Numbered from the stretch's first letter, positions 15,001-27,650 are shown. The stretch: 64,000 bases of DNA from Antedon mediterranea (GCF_964355755.1 NC_092675.1:2537812-2601811); one strand, 5' to 3'. The notes: generated by a model not told the origin, from the letters alone. Made by a program: numbers and translations.

Positions 15001-16777
15001 GATTTTAGGGTTGAATATAATGCTACAGGGTCAGTAATAAAGAGATTAAAAGTCAAACAAAAGGCAGTAAAACATTACTGCTGGAATGTTATCGGTTTGA
15101 AAATGAAACCACACATACAACTACTGATATATAATAGATATTGGGTTTTTTGTTTACATATCCGCTGCTACCACGAATACCCAGGTTGTAGAACGAAATA
15201 GACCAACAAATCAAAGTTATCAGTTTGAGCATGGGCAGAAGGTTCAACGACACTGAATCTTTTACTTATTGCAGTAGGCCTACAATAGTTAACTTAACAT
15301 TAACTAAATTGGTTCTAATATCATATTATTATTATTATCGAAGTAGGAACACTATTATGTTGAATGTAGCTTTATTTTATACTGTTGATTAATTTACAAG
15401 ATTACAATTATATTACAACTGTTAATAATAAAGCTATCTGGATTTACAAGAAGTATGCACTATATTGAACAACAAGTTACAATGTATAATCATCAATGTG
15501 CTTTGTGAAGATCTCTACGTGTCATGCAACGCTGTTTTAGTGCTTGTTATAGCGCCATTTACATAATTTCTTTTGTAATAATTAAAAACAAATGATTTGT
15601 TAAAAAATGAAAATAAGAATTGGTAACTTACAAGTCCGTTACAATTACTGATTGCAACGTGAGAACCCGGCTGTGACACTATACTTCCGAGGTAGTGGCA
15701 GTGGTGATGGTCCGTTCTTCTTTGATCAAATGTGTGTGTTCGAACGTCACTTGAATTTCCCCTTGTCTCGAAAACAAGCCCAGGGGAAAGAAACTTGTCA
15801 TTAAGGGTGACATTCAGATGCACGTCCGTATTGTTTATTTGAACTTTAAAGTAAAGGTTTTCAATATTGGGGCTGTTACTTTTACGAACTCTATGGCGAT
15901 GACCGTCTTTTAAATCATGCGACACAAACTGCCCATCTTCGTCTGTGACTCTTGGGACTATGACGTCATACGAATCTAGCTCTTGAACGAAAGAAGCTGG
16001 AAATAATCAGAAATGTGTATCAAATAACCATTTTAATATATATATATTCAATAGAAAGGGCAATATGGATGAAGTATTTTACTGTACCGTAACACAACAT
16101 CAACACTTACAATTTATCATATGATGCTTTCACGCGATATTACAACAGTTACAAAAGAATCTTTCCAGATAATAGTGCAAAAGACGACTTAATGTCAAAC
16201 GAATGGACATTGGCCTGATGGCAACTATACATGGTTCACTATTATTTGACTGTAACCTTGCACCGTAAAGGATGAATTTGCATCCTCGCGCGCGCTTCTA
16301 AAGTAAGTAGGCCTAATTATGGTGAAGCAAACGATGGTGAAGAATAGGAGAAATGAGTCATTCATTTGACATTCAAAATCGTAAATAAATAAGTAAAAAT
16401 AGGGACGTTCCTTAAAGAGAAGAAATATTACAAATGTCTTTTAAAAGTAATATAATATTGTAATAATATAATTTAAAAACTAACTTATACAGTATTACGA
16501 TTATGTTTAGCAGATCGTTTATAAACTTAATTATCTACCGGGTAGATCAACAATTTATAAATCCATCGCAACCGTGAATAACACCCACTTTATACCATGT
16601 ATATCAACAATTATTTATTATAATTGTATGTATATATATTACAGTGTTCCTCCAATTAATAATAATGAATAAAATAATTTTACCTTGCTTTGAATCGATG
16701 AAACTTGGTCTGGCCTCCTTTACAAAGCGCGACCCAACTACTACAACACACAATATTATTACTGTATATCTCAACAT
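1..16777 (-). CDS. ADAMTS7: ADAMTS7/12-like metalloproteinase with thrombospondin motifs, 5' part (13 exons; gene continues beyond window start)
   Basis: Phase-consistent GT-AG exons: 16777-16684, 15996-15632, 6945-6765, 5330-5182, 3691-3608, 3248-3124, 2408-2259, 1882-1736, 1535-1397, 942-850, 656-511, 229-166, 38-1. They encode signal peptide, prodomain, furin site RKRHTR, reprolysin domain with HEIGHNLGMKHD and Met-turn, disintegrin-like domain and TSP1. [34 protein letters not shown] and [14 protein letters not shown] resemble ADAMTS7/12; orthology between 7 and 12 cannot be resolved. Confidence 0.93.
166..229 (-). CDS. ADAMTS7: ADAMTS exon 12 (TSP1 C-terminal half)
   Basis: [22 protein letters not shown]. 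Confidence 0.93.
511..656 (-). CDS. ADAMTS7: ADAMTS exon 11 (TSP1 repeat)
   Basis: WCMNGACVP...[32 protein letters not shown]. Confidence 0.95.
850..942 (-). CDS. ADAMTS7: ADAMTS exon 10 (disintegrin-like)
   Basis: [31 protein letters not shown]. Confidence 0.92.
1167..1294. mobile_element. PIF/Harbinger-like MITE, AGCTTGGTTCCCACTAG family
   Basis: Ends AGCTTGGTTCCCAC / GAAAACCAAGCT, internal inverted TTGACCAATCAC...GTGATTGGTCAA; same family recurs across the window. Confidence 0.7.
1397..1535 (-). CDS. ADAMTS7: ADAMTS exon 9 (end of catalytic domain, start of disintegrin-like domain)
   Basis: [47 protein letters not shown]. Confidence 0.93.
1736..1882 (-). CDS. ADAMTS7: ADAMTS exon 8 (second half of zinc motif, Met-turn)
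   Basis: [13 protein letters not shown]...YIMSG...[13 protein letters not shown]. Confidence 0.93.
1937..2037. mobile_element. Degenerate Tc1/pogo-like MITE (GGGACAC...CTATTCAG family)
   Basis: TA-bounded; shares CCCCTTC-TTTGGGACAC-CTATTCAG with 45340-45998 and related pieces near 21660-21800 and 53950-54010. Confidence 0.45.
2259..2408 (-). CDS. ADAMTS7: ADAMTS exon 7 (first half of zinc-binding motif)
   Basis: [49 protein letters not shown]; GTGAGT donor. Confidence 0.95.
3124..3248 (-). CDS. ADAMTS7: ADAMTS exon 6
   Basis: [42 protein letters not shown]. Confidence 0.93.
3608..3691 (-). CDS. ADAMTS7: ADAMTS exon 5
   Basis: [28 protein letters not shown]. Confidence 0.92.
4143..4376. 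mobile_element. Harbinger-like MITE, AGCTTGGTTCCCACTAG family (diverged)
   Basis: AGCTTGGATCCCACTAG ... CTAGTGTGAACCAAACT imperfect TIRs. Confidence 0.6.
5182..5330 (-). CDS. ADAMTS7: ADAMTS exon 4 (furin site, start of catalytic domain)
   Basis: [28 protein letters not shown]...YILTVMNM. Confidence 0.93.
6765..6945 (-). CDS. ADAMTS7: ADAMTS exon 3 (prodomain)
   Basis: [16 protein letters not shown]...HPHIVYKR; TAG acceptor, GTATGG donor. Confidence 0.9.
7000..7120 (+). mobile_element. Penelope-like remnant with degenerate minimal hammerhead ribozyme core
   Basis: CTGATGA-A-GAGC(tagtgtt)GCCC-GAAA-GCTC at 7089-7119. Confidence 0.4.
8637..8702. repeat. (GATT/GACT)n microsatellite
   Basis: Visible tetranucleotide array. 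Confidence 0.9.
9760..9888. mobile_element. Harbinger-like MITE (TTTTCCACTA.GCGAATT termini)
   Basis: TTTTCCACTAAGCGAATT ... AATTCGCCTAGTGGAAAA inverted repeat. Confidence 0.55.
12115..12192. repeat. 10-bp tandem repeat GTTATTTTGG, about 8 copies
   Basis: Visible array. Confidence 0.9.
15632..15996 (-). CDS. ADAMTS7: ADAMTS exon 2 (prodomain)
   Basis: [26 protein letters not shown]...HCHYLG...[11 protein letters not shown]; CAG acceptor, GTAAGT donor. Confidence 0.93.
16684..16777 (-). CDS. ADAMTS7: ADAMTS exon 1 (signal peptide [31 protein letters not shown])
   Basis: ATG at 16777, hydrophobic stretch, GTAAA donor, phase 1 matches exon 2. Confidence 0.8.
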
Positions 16778-16899
16778 AGTTATTACAATCTGTTGGAAAT
16801 TTGATTGTTATATCTAATCGTGGTTGCAGTCTTGTAGAGTGTTTATAACCCGTCTTACTCGGTGACAGATAATTGTTAAAAGTTAGCAGCTGAATAAGT

Positions 16900-17050
16900 T
16901 CAAGCTCTTTATATCGTTTGGTAGACTTCCTGTTGCAGACGTTCAGTGCCTACCGTGATTCTTCGGGAGGTATATCGTTTGTTTAAGACGACGACGACGA
17001 TTGGTTAAATAAGACGATATCCCAGACAGTTGGGTGGGGCGTGGCCATTC
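16900..17050 (-). promoter_or_regulatory. Putative ADAMTS core/proximal promoter
   Basis: Minus-strand TATAAA at 16908-16913, ETS-like ACAGGAAGT near 16925-16933, CCAAT near 17000 and Sp/KLF-like GGGGCGTGGC near 17036-17045, all 130-270 bp upstream of the ATG. Confidence 0.55.
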
Positions 17051-17592
17051 ATGCGTGTTAGATATTCCAAACTCTGGAGCTGGCATTATTATAGATAACA
17101 TTACATTTTATACATTACAGGTGCATTATTTAAGGAAGAAGTACGGTAGTAAAACAAAGAGTCTCAGGCATGATTTGTATTTTAGCTGTTTATAATAACA
17201 TCGCATAAATAAATGATAGCCTAGGCCTACGTGTAACCACACAAATGATTACATACCACCCGATGTATATAATTAGTTCCGGTCTTGATCTTAAAATCAA
17301 ATTTTAAGTAGGCCTAGGCCTAAACCTCAATCAGTTGTAAATCAGAGAATGGTACAAAGGTGCGTTTTAGGCCAAATTGTTGGTATTCATTATCATGACA
17401 TCCGATTTTGTTATCTACCAGCGGTACCGCATCAGCCGACTGACATGAACATGCGCAAATGTTGTGCGTAAAAGTTATTAACTTTAGCGCAAATTTTACG
17501 ACCTGGTTATGCCGGAGCTTCTGACACAGGGCAGGCTGGATCCATATACGTATTGTCTTTCTTTACAAATAGGCCTAGACAGATTGAGTTTT

Positions 17593-18199
17593 ATTGTGAA
17601 TCAAACGGTCGACACGACATGTTTCGCAGTGTTTATTATACAATTTTCTAGGCGAATTCATACAATTTACTTAGAAGGTGTAAGATTGTATGATGTTCAC
17701 AACCCTATATACTTTGATTGCGAATCGAACGGTCGACATGACATGTTTCGCAGTTTTTATTATAACATTTGTTAGGCGAATTCATACAATTTACTTAGAA
17801 GGTGTAAGATTGTATGATGTTCACAACCCTATATACTTTGATTGCGAATCGAACGGTCGACATGACATGTTTCGCAGTTTTTATTATAACATTTGTTAGG
17901 CGAATTCATACAATTTACTTAGAAGGTGTAAGATTGTATGATGTTCACAACCCTATATACTTTGATTGCGAATCGAACGGTCGACATGACATGTTTCGCA
18001 GTTTTTATTATAACATTTGTTAGGCGAATTCATACAATTTACTTAGAAGGTGTAAGATTGTATGATGTTCACAACCCTATATACTTTGATTGCGAATCGA
18101 ACGGTCGACCTGACATGTTTCGCAGTTTTTATTATAACATTTGTTAGGCGAATTCATACAATTTACTCAGAAGGTGTAAGATTGTATGATGCTCACAAC
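17593..18199. repeat. 124-bp tandem repeat, about 4.9 near-identical copies
   Basis: Period 124 (ORF starts 17690/17814/17938); each unit carries GTCGAC and GAATTC. Confidence 0.95.
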
Positions 18200-19819
18200 T
18201 TTATTTTTTGTATTGGTTTTTTTTAATTGTTTTTGACTTTTCGCCTGTAGGACGGTAACATAAGCAAAATTGTAGATATGGTTATCGTAACAAGTTGATG
18301 TCGTTTACACACCTTGTGTAAGTGTAACATATGGGAACATTTTAATGAAACCTTACAGATCTCTGTTAAGGAAATAAAGACTGCATACGATAATACTTAA
18401 ACATGTAATAGCTATCAATCCCAATTACAAAACAATCTTCCATTAATTATAAATATAACATCTGACGATACATTTGATAAGGATTTAAGTAGAGTGGCCA
18501 TTACAAACTAACTTTTGTTAGAAATATAGATTTAATTTAATTTTGTTAGATCTAGATTATTGCATGATACTAAAAAAACAAATAAAGGAATGCCATTCTG
18601 TCAATAGATGGCAGTATTAAAAAATGTTAATGTCACAATTTTCCGGAATGCCGACGAAAATTACGGATACTTTGTGAGTACGACGACAGCAAGAAAAACT
18701 ATTTGATGATAACTTTGATGTAATTATGATGATTACGGTACAGATTATTGCGACACTAACGATGAAAATGTTTGACGCTGAGATTAAGATGACGATCAGT
18801 GTTGGTTGGTGATCAGATCACCTTAAATTGCTGGTAAACGGAATGGACGTTGTTTTATGTTCTGGTACGTTTGTTAGCTTTTAGGTTTCCTAAACGCTTA
18901 TAAAAAAATACAATCTTAAAATAATTGATTGATCGATGTCCGGTTTTTATTTCAGTTATCTGCAAAATTAATAGGGTCAAAACATGATGAAACAACTATG
19001 TACGTATGTTTGTAGGATGATTTCGTTTCATAAAAAAATGAAAAAAAAACTACTACCAACCATGGAAGAGTGAAATTATAACTACTTGTACCATAGGTTA
19101 GTCAACTTAAACCCTATCTAAAATGAAATCCATCGAATATGGTAAAAGGGATAGTCCCATTAAACTGTATAAGTGAGTCATAATTCGCAAGACATTTTAT
19201 TACTTGATTCACTTGACCTCTTTTGACTCAAGTTGAAATTGTAATCTTCAACGATTTTGAAATCTTCCCTAAAAATCCTATTAGAAACCATATGCTATTG
19301 ATAATATTTTACACATCAAATGAACATTTACAGTATGACACATTAGTGAGTAATTGTGGTTATAAATTGTCGGGAATGGAAAATTGTTTGGGTATTGAGC
19401 AATATTGTTCTGTTTCAGCGCCATTTTCAGTTGAACTGGGAACATTTTGTGCTTAATGTTTCTTGTATCATCTGACTTACATTATACATTGACTAATTTT
19501 GTGGTTATAAATTGTCAGGTAAGAACAAGTTTTATTAAAACTTTATGTTTTCATCGTGGAAACAGTTTGTGTCCAATGTTTCTTGGATTATCTATGTCGA
19601 TTCTTAATTCATTTTTGAAGGTACGCCTATAGTTCTTCTATAACATACACGTTCTTGAACAGACCTAAAATATTTTAGAGACTTGGGTTGTATCTGAAAA
19701 TGTTTAAACGTATTAAGCCTATTCATAAATTGAAATGTCAAACTTATATTTCAGTAATTTTTAAAACAGTAGAACCTATAATTAAATAAGAAAGAGTGTT
19801 CAATTAAGATGGGGTCCGT

Positions 19820-19896
19820 TGAGTTAGTGTTTACCGACCGACCGACCGACCGACCGACAGTGAGCTGTAGAGTCACGTTTGCACGCGACTAAAAAT
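19820..19896 (-). mobile_element. Helentron/HINE (DINE-1-like) element, 5' part
   Basis: Reverse strand TTTTTAGTCGCGTGC...GACTCTACAGCTCAC followed by (GTCG)n; same as 23268-23402 and 28712-28786. Confidence 0.65.
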
Positions 19897-19944
19897 AGAC
19901 TATAATTCTGGCATTGCGAAATCCATCTCGGAGCGGCGTCCGCT

Positions 19945-20025
19945 TGATGATGATGATGATGATGACGAAGATGATGATCATGACGACGAGGATGATGATG
20001 ATGATGATGATGACATGATGATGAT
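19945..20025. repeat. (GAT/GAC)n microsatellite
   Basis: Visible trinucleotide array. Confidence 0.9.
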
Positions 20026-21809
20026 AGTTAAAATATATAATTATTTTCCTAGTTTGTTTTTCACGAGAGAGTTTCCCCTAATAGATATTTCTATTGAATG
20101 GGGGAGTCCTATAGAGAGGCTCTAATTCAATTAATGTAATGTATAATAACGACATTTATGTTTTTTGCATGTTGATAAAGCTATAAAGCTTTTATTTTAC
20201 ATCATTTTTTTTATAGAGATAGTGACGTCAGTTTAGAGAAGATCTGAAGAAGATACAGAAAATACAGTGTCTTGTTCTTAAATACGCGTGTTTTACCCAA
20301 CATAATGTACTCGACATCCTTGGCGGTTTGTAAAATTCTTAAAACTTTATTATTTGTTATCTCTATTTTGTTGCGTCTTGTACTTCGAACGAGGTGAAAG
20401 TTATTTAAGTTGAAAGTCGTTGTGACAATGCTTACCAACCAAAAGCATGTAACAAGGCATTATATGTCATACCGTAAACGTTTTATTGATCATTTTCTCG
20501 TAACAAGAATATACATATTAAAGCGGTAACGACCAAAACATCAGAAAGCGACACACACCTGATAGAAAAAAAACACCGTGTTATTTACCTCACACAGTTA
20601 CCTATATTTAACGGCATAACACCGAGTTTGTGTGTCTTCAATAGGCCTACATGCCTGTTATGATTTTCAGTAAAATGAATCAACTCTTTTAGTTATTGCT
20701 CTACCCATTAGCCATCATCATCCGAATTGACGCTTGTGATTGTTTAACTTGCGTTGTACGTTGGCCTCTACGTCTTTCTGTTGCGTTCCACTTTGATGCA
20801 ACGCAACAACATTAGCGACAATTCGGATGGTCCATCGCGTTGTGATTGGACAAATTGCTTGTTACGTATTTCTCGCCCAGGTAGGCCTACTACAACCCGT
20901 TGGTATGTAGGTTTAACAGGTAGGCTACTAAAGATTAGTGCTATTGCCAATTCGCAATTACTAATAAAAAAATTGTCTAGACTAATTTAGTACAGTTCTC
21001 AAAGAGGGACTATCAATAGACAAAATCAGTTGTCTTTTGAGAATACGGGTCGTGGTCACTTTGGGTGAACGGTTGTGAAGTATGATCGAGCTGTGAACAT
21101 GACAACATCGTACCACTCATCCGTTATTTCGTCTGCTGGCAATAAACAGTAACGTCATCCTTAATCGAACAGGGTATTATTGGGCAAATGAACTTTGTAT
21201 TTAGGCTATCGAACTTTTATACGCGCTACAACAGAGTCATAAAACGCCGACTTTTGTCAAAAGATCAACTAAACTAATTTAAAAACCGTCTCAGTTAAGA
21301 ACAATTTCTTAGAATCTTAATTCAATGAGCCACTCCCCGATGGTCACTCCTAAAATTGTTTTCGGTGGGTTCAAATATTACCGATAAATCACCTTACACT
21401 TTTTTCGTGTTATTTTACAGTTTTACATTCACCAGAGAAAAGAATTTAGCATTTGAACCAAAACAAACATTTCTTGTAATATCAGATTAGGGAATTGTGT
21501 CTGATAGCGGTCTCTATAATGTGGGATTACATAAATGTTCATGAACAGTCTTACACTACCTTAGAGAAACTGGGGTATGTATCTGAAAATGTTTCTCCGT
21601 AATTGTTAGTAATTCATAATTTAAAATTTCGTAAACATATTCTAAGTAATTCTAAATACCCCTAGAATCCCTATTAAATGGACAACTTCGGGATCCATCA
21701 AAGTTTCTCTTTAACAGGTGTGCCTCTGAATTGGGGTTGAAACATATATCTCCTCGTTTCTCCTCATAAAGATGTCCCCTGAAGGGTGTAACAAGGAGGG
21801 CTTCTATCT

Positions 21810-22085
21810 ATTCAAGATTCAAGATTCAATTTATTGTCACATAATATTACAAACATGAAATTTTTTTCCTGAGCTTAGAAACATAGATACAATTTAAAAC
21901 ACAATATAAAAACGTAACACCTTAACTAATTATCTTGAATAATGTACATTAAATAGATGAAAAGCATATGGGAAAAAAGAGTCTATACTAAAACGGTTGG
22001 TTTTAACATTGCATTGCCGAATTCTACCACATTTATTAAAACTTACAATACTATTTAGTGGATAAGTCACACCTTTAATATCCAT
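21810..22085 (-). mobile_element. Decayed LINE 3' end (L2/Rex1-like)
   Basis: Minus-strand remnant ..YPL..GRIRQCNVKTNRFS..SFFPY.., then AATAAA and (TTGAATC)n tail. Confidence 0.5.
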
Positions 22086-23267
22086 CTATCATCAATTTAA
22101 ACGTATAACAAAGATTCTTGACAATAATAATGATTATCCTAGAATAACCGAATGGTATATTCAGAGAAGATTGAAATTACATTTAAATTACAATTTAATT
22201 TCACCTTTGGCTGTTATTCCTCTTTCCATGCTGAAAGGAAAGAAAAGATACAGGTTCGGAAGAAACAAATCAAGTGCTATCAATTAAGTTATTATACCAA
22301 GAAAAGCCGAACAAACGTGTTTAATAATAACATATGCAATATAATAATTAATTAATGTGTGCGCGAAATAGCGACAAACGTATATGGATGACGATGGTGA
22401 ATACTGGAACTTGTTGCGTGCTTGGTTGTGTTAGGAATGAGTGACTAGCGATTATCCTAAATAAACTTATTTCTTTGGTCAAGTTCAATTTTTATGTTAC
22501 TTGACAACATAAACAAATCAATTGCCATATATTTGTCATTTACAGCAGACTATGATGTTAAATAATTATTAATTTGATTTATGGCGTACAGGAGAAATGT
22601 CAGAACAATACATACCTCTTATTTCTTATTTTAGCTTGTTTGATTGTTTCTGTGGAGCAATTTACCTGTATGACAGGTGTTCCAGGTACTGTTTAGGTAT
22701 GTCTGATGTCTCTTATATTAGATATACACACTCACTCTGGAACTCTGCCCAAAAGATATCTCGCTATAAATCACAAAAGTTTAAAAGAACTGCGTTAAGA
22801 AGGTGTTTTAAATCATGTATTTGAAAGACAATTTAACCGACATTATCTTTTGGTTTATTTTATTAAGAGGTAAGGATTGAAACATCAACGAATTCCGTTA
22901 GGTATGCTAACATAAGGAGTTACTCTCCCTTTCTTCAACAATCAATCTTCAACAGTTGAACATCATGTTAACGATAATTCTTTTCTATTCTAAAATATAT
23001 TTCATACATAGGGGAAACATTTCTTGTTATTCTAGGGTAGCAAAATGCTGCACAAAATTACTTTGTTAATACAAATAAAAACAGGAATGCGATGAGGAGA
23101 TATGAGCAGGAACACCACCATTAAAGAATTCTGCCCAGCATAAAACGTATTTTAAAGTCATCCACCTAATTATAACACAACACACTCACAAATGTTTTCA
23201 TCTCTAAACGTACGGTTTCATATTTTTGTCCCATTCGGACCCTTGCTTTCTGACAAACACTTCTCTG

Positions 23268-23402
23268 AACAAGGTCATATACATGGCTGCAGTCGCATGC
23301 TTAAATTTGAGTTAGTGCTTACCTACCGACCGACCTACCAACCAACCGACCGACATAGTAAGCTGTAGAGTCACGTTTGCACACGATGCACGCGACTAAA
23401 AA
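23268..23402 (-). mobile_element. Helentron/HINE-like non-autonomous element, apparently complete
   Basis: 5' TTTTTAGTCGCGTGC, (GTCG/GTTG/GTAG)n core, subterminal inverse GCATGCGACT, 3' short hairpin ending TTGTT; isolated 3' end also near 24012-24046. Confidence 0.65.
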
Positions 23403-26400
23403 TAATCCAGTAAAACGCTATGTGTATACATGTTGTTGAATTGTTATTGCATTCTAATATACATCCCCTGTCGTACCAATGAATATGCAAATGAATAGGC
23501 AAATGGTTTCTGTTTAAATTGCACAACTTTATTATGAAATTTCAAAGCTATGTTCTACTTATGGCAACGTTGTTAATTGTTAAGATAAACTATTTAAAAA
23601 ATACTGTTCGAAAAATTACGGATTACAAGATATTTTGTAGAATTTTATTACACAACTCTTACGTTTCTAAATTTAGCGTGAAATATTGATTCGGGTGGTT
23701 TTGTTTAGTGGTTGTAGGCTTATTTACGTAGATCAACCACACTTTTTTTATAACGAGGCTCCCAACATGTTCTGTTCGTGATTGAAAACCACATACGCAA
23801 TTCTCTTGAGACAACTACAATAATTTACCTATGTATACGTACACATTTTTGTGGTTCATTCGAATGTAATTGACATGTAGCCTAGCAATTATGTTTACTA
23901 CACATCTTATTTATGTGAACCTTTTTTGTTTGGCTTTGTTTTACGTTTATTCAAAATCAATGATAAGAATTAAAAGCAGCCATCGCAGTAGTCTGGGCTC
24001 CAGACGAACTTAAGCATGCGACTGCAGCCATCTATATGGCCGTGTTATATCATGGAGGTATCTCCATGGTTATATGAACATAGGTGATGCATGCTCCATC
24101 CAAAGTTAGTAAGGTTTTATTTAAGGACATGACAACTGTTGCAGACAATGACACGAAATATAAACATTTATAAATGACAAAAACTAAATAAAAGTTAATA
24201 AAGATATTGTCAGCCAGTGAGTGCAATAGTGAGCGCAATGGAGATACAATACTTGCTGTCGCCTCTTTAGGCACATCAGTCGGGGAATAAATCTAAGGAT
24301 GTCTTTCTGTGGTCCTGACGATGGTGTTAATAAATATATTCTTTCCAGATGCAGTGTTGTAAAGTTTTGTTTATAAGAAGAGCAACATTTTACCATCCAA
24401 AAAAGAGAGTGTCAATAATAATGGTGTTTGAATGTGATTCTGTATCATCATATATTTTTGGTAATACCGGGATAATTGTAGATCTGGGAATCGACTGATA
24501 TGCATAAGAATAATTGATGTTAATTATTAGTTTTATTATTAAAAAATGTAAAATTGATTAATGAATGTGTAGTTAACATTAAACCTTTATTCCGTTAGTT
24601 TAAGCTATTCACATTGTCACTGCCACCGCCTTAATAAATTACACCAGTCCTAACCTCGCACAATATACGACCGTACATCAGACAATGGGAAGAAGCAAAT
24701 TCGTCTCACTTATATACCAAATATTTTGAGCTACTAACTTAAATATACATTCAATTCTAAATTGGAATTTATTACGATCTTATTGAATTGATCTCACACT
24801 TGTGGTAAATCTGTCTCCGAGGCGACGTTTCTGAGGTGATAGTTCATGAGTTAAATCTATTGGAAACACTCTGTAAAATCATGGACGAGGAGTATTTTCT
24901 ACTTTCATGGTAAAAGGTTTCCAGGATCACTGTAAACCTGCTCCCCAGCCTATTTGCTACCAAAGGTAAACTACAGGCAACATAGGGTACCCACCCTTAA
25001 GCAAGATTTCTTATTACTTGTATTGCCTCGTCCTTCAGATGGGACGCAATGCTGTTGTACATATATAATAATGTGCACGGTATTTATCTCTATATGATCT
25101 CTATCTATGGTAGGCACTACCGTAGAGAATCTAATCCGAATTTTACTTTTTTTACATTCACATTTTATATTTCGCATGAAAAAACGAATCTTTATTTGCA
25201 AAGAAAAAACAATAATTGAATTGGTTCTGTCACTTTGCAAGATCCAGTATTTTGTCTGTGAAAATCAGGTCAATCGATCTAAGTGTCAAAATAAGGTGGA
25301 GTACCAAAATAGTATCGTGGAAAATATGAACAAAATTCATTTCTCTTGAGCATTCATGTTTATATTTAAGCTGAGTAGTTAAGTGAATTAATATTTTGGT
25401 AGATAAATAGTTCGATCTAATTGTATCTTAGGTATGTTAACGTCATACAACGTCACAAGCGTATGCAGATTAAATTGCCCGCCAACTTAGAACCATGATA
25501 GTAATTACTTACCCTCCATAATGCCCAAGTGATTATAATCATGTGCAGTCTGAACGAAGACCACAGGCTACAGCGTTAGAGACATGCGGAAGCTAACAAC
25601 CACCACTTAACCACTTTTGCGAAAGCCATGAATCTCCCGGCAATGCCGAATCCGAAGCGTTCGGCGGGTTGAGGGGGCCTAGAAAGTCGGAGAGGAAGGG
25701 GTGTTACAGGTACGCTGAAACCGGGTCATACTATCGAAAGGTCAAGTACGTATAAGGAAATTGTGTTGGTTACATGATTGACACAATAGCCCGGGGATGT
25801 TGCTGTAAAAACCAGTCAGCACATTTTAATGTGAACATGTTTTTACCACATTATCGCACTTTCTCACACATAATATGCAGTGTATAATGGTTGTCTATCA
25901 ATCGTTTACCGTAAGCTAAATAGTACAATGTACATAAAGTTCAACTCATCCATCGATTATTGTACACTTCAATTAAACTTGATTTAATTACAGTAGTACA
26001 CGGTACTCCCGCGACATTACAATTTAGAACGCACCAATTTCAAGCAATATTCAAAGGTGCAGTAAGGTGATGTGACACGTACAACGATCTTGCCTTTTTC
26101 TCTTTCCATTTTAAGGGGTTTCATCTAGAAGCAGACTTTAAATTTCTTGTATATGTCACAAAAATATACGCTTTACGGTAAAATGTACATTGTGAAAAAA
26201 GTACACGTAGGGTCACTGGGCTTTATTACGATAGGCCTACTGTACCAGCTAATTTCCGAGCACGAACTCGTCACTGTCCCTTCTCTATACTACCGGTACT
26301 GGCTGATGTGAAGAGGTAATAGGTTAATGATGATGTGATAATGAGGAAGATGATGACCAGTCGATTGTATGTACTTTCTTTTTTTATGATGCAATGACAG

Positions 26401-26642
26401 GAAGGCATGTTATATGCATGCTTTCATAATTCCATTTTGCAAATTCAAACCACAGAATCACAATACAAACAAAACTCAATAGGAAGCGACGTACATGAAA
26501 CAAATAAAACAACATGGTATCTAGGGTGTCAAATCGCGATAGACAGGTTAAAACAAAACTAAAATACCCGAAGCACACGTAAACGAATGAGCCGTAGGCT
26601 GGAATGACAGTCCTCTTGGCGTAAGCAAACAGGTTTGTATAA

Positions 26643-26821
26643 AGCGTGGTTCCCACTAGCGACGCAACGCAAGGACGTAACGCAACGCAAGTGAATTGAC
26701 CAATCACAAGCGATGTCTTGATCGCTTGTGATTGCTAACTGTCTATAACTTCGCTTGTCATTGGTTAAAACGCTTACGTTGCGTTTACGTCCTTGCGTTA
26801 CGTTCTAGTGGGAACCAAGCT
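26643..26821. mobile_element. Harbinger-like MITE, best-preserved copy of AGCTTGGTTCCCACTAG family
   Basis: Long imperfect palindrome with TAA target duplication at 26640-26642 and 26822-26824. Confidence 0.85.
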
Positions 26822-27437
26822 TAATAGACCCATATTTGATGTTCACATTGGTTGTTTAATATATTAGATGACCTCTGGCCTCTTGTTCTAGACATTATAT
26901 TCATTCATTTCATTAATTTTACTTTCATTTCAGAAACGGACGTCCATAGTTACCAAATCAATGGCATAAATAAGTTTAAATAAAAAAGGCAGACCCAAAA
27001 TAAACAAAAAACACACCGGTATCAGATCATCTCAGAATCTCCATTATTTTGTCATCATTTCTGGATGATTCAAATGATGATACCATAATACATTCTATCA
27101 TTTCAGTTTTGCTAGCATTCTCTGTAAGCATGAACTTAACAATGAAAAGACAGAGTTTCGTAGATATTCCCCAAAAGACGGGACGTCATTAATAACAAAT
27201 GTCACTATATTATATTAATACATTTCCAATTACTTAAATCCACCCACGGACATCGATATTTCTGTTCACATACCTTATACGATAACATTTGTGTTTACGT
27301 ATGAGCACCTGGACAGATCGTGTTCATCATCTATTCTCACAGTTTGTATACCTATTTATTTTTTCAAAAAGTTTTTTTTTCAACTGGAAACTGGATGGAT
27401 TTGCTTTATAATAATTTAAAAAATCTTCTCTCTTTCT

Positions 27438-27650
27438 TTCATTCATTCATTCATTCATTTACTCCACCCTTTGTTCGTTCATTTACTCACGCACTCTTAC
27501 ACTCCTCCATTCATTCACTCTCCCACTCCTCTGTTCATTCATTCGTTTGTTCGTTCATTCGTTCGTTCGTTCGTTCGTTCGTTTATTCGTTCATTTATTC
27601 ATTCATTCATTCATACATTCATTCAATCGTTCCTTCGTTCATTCACTCAT
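27438..27650. repeat. (TTCA/TTCG)n microsatellite region
   Basis: Visible; accounts for the low-complexity ORFs at 27320 and 27471. Confidence 0.9.

Noticed and set aside
14773-15201. 142-aa plus-strand ORF in ADAMTS intron 2
   Set aside because: GTG start, AT-rich composition and no recognisable domain
17509-18147. Repeated 69-aa ORFs
   Set aside because: Translation artefacts of the 124-bp tandem repeat
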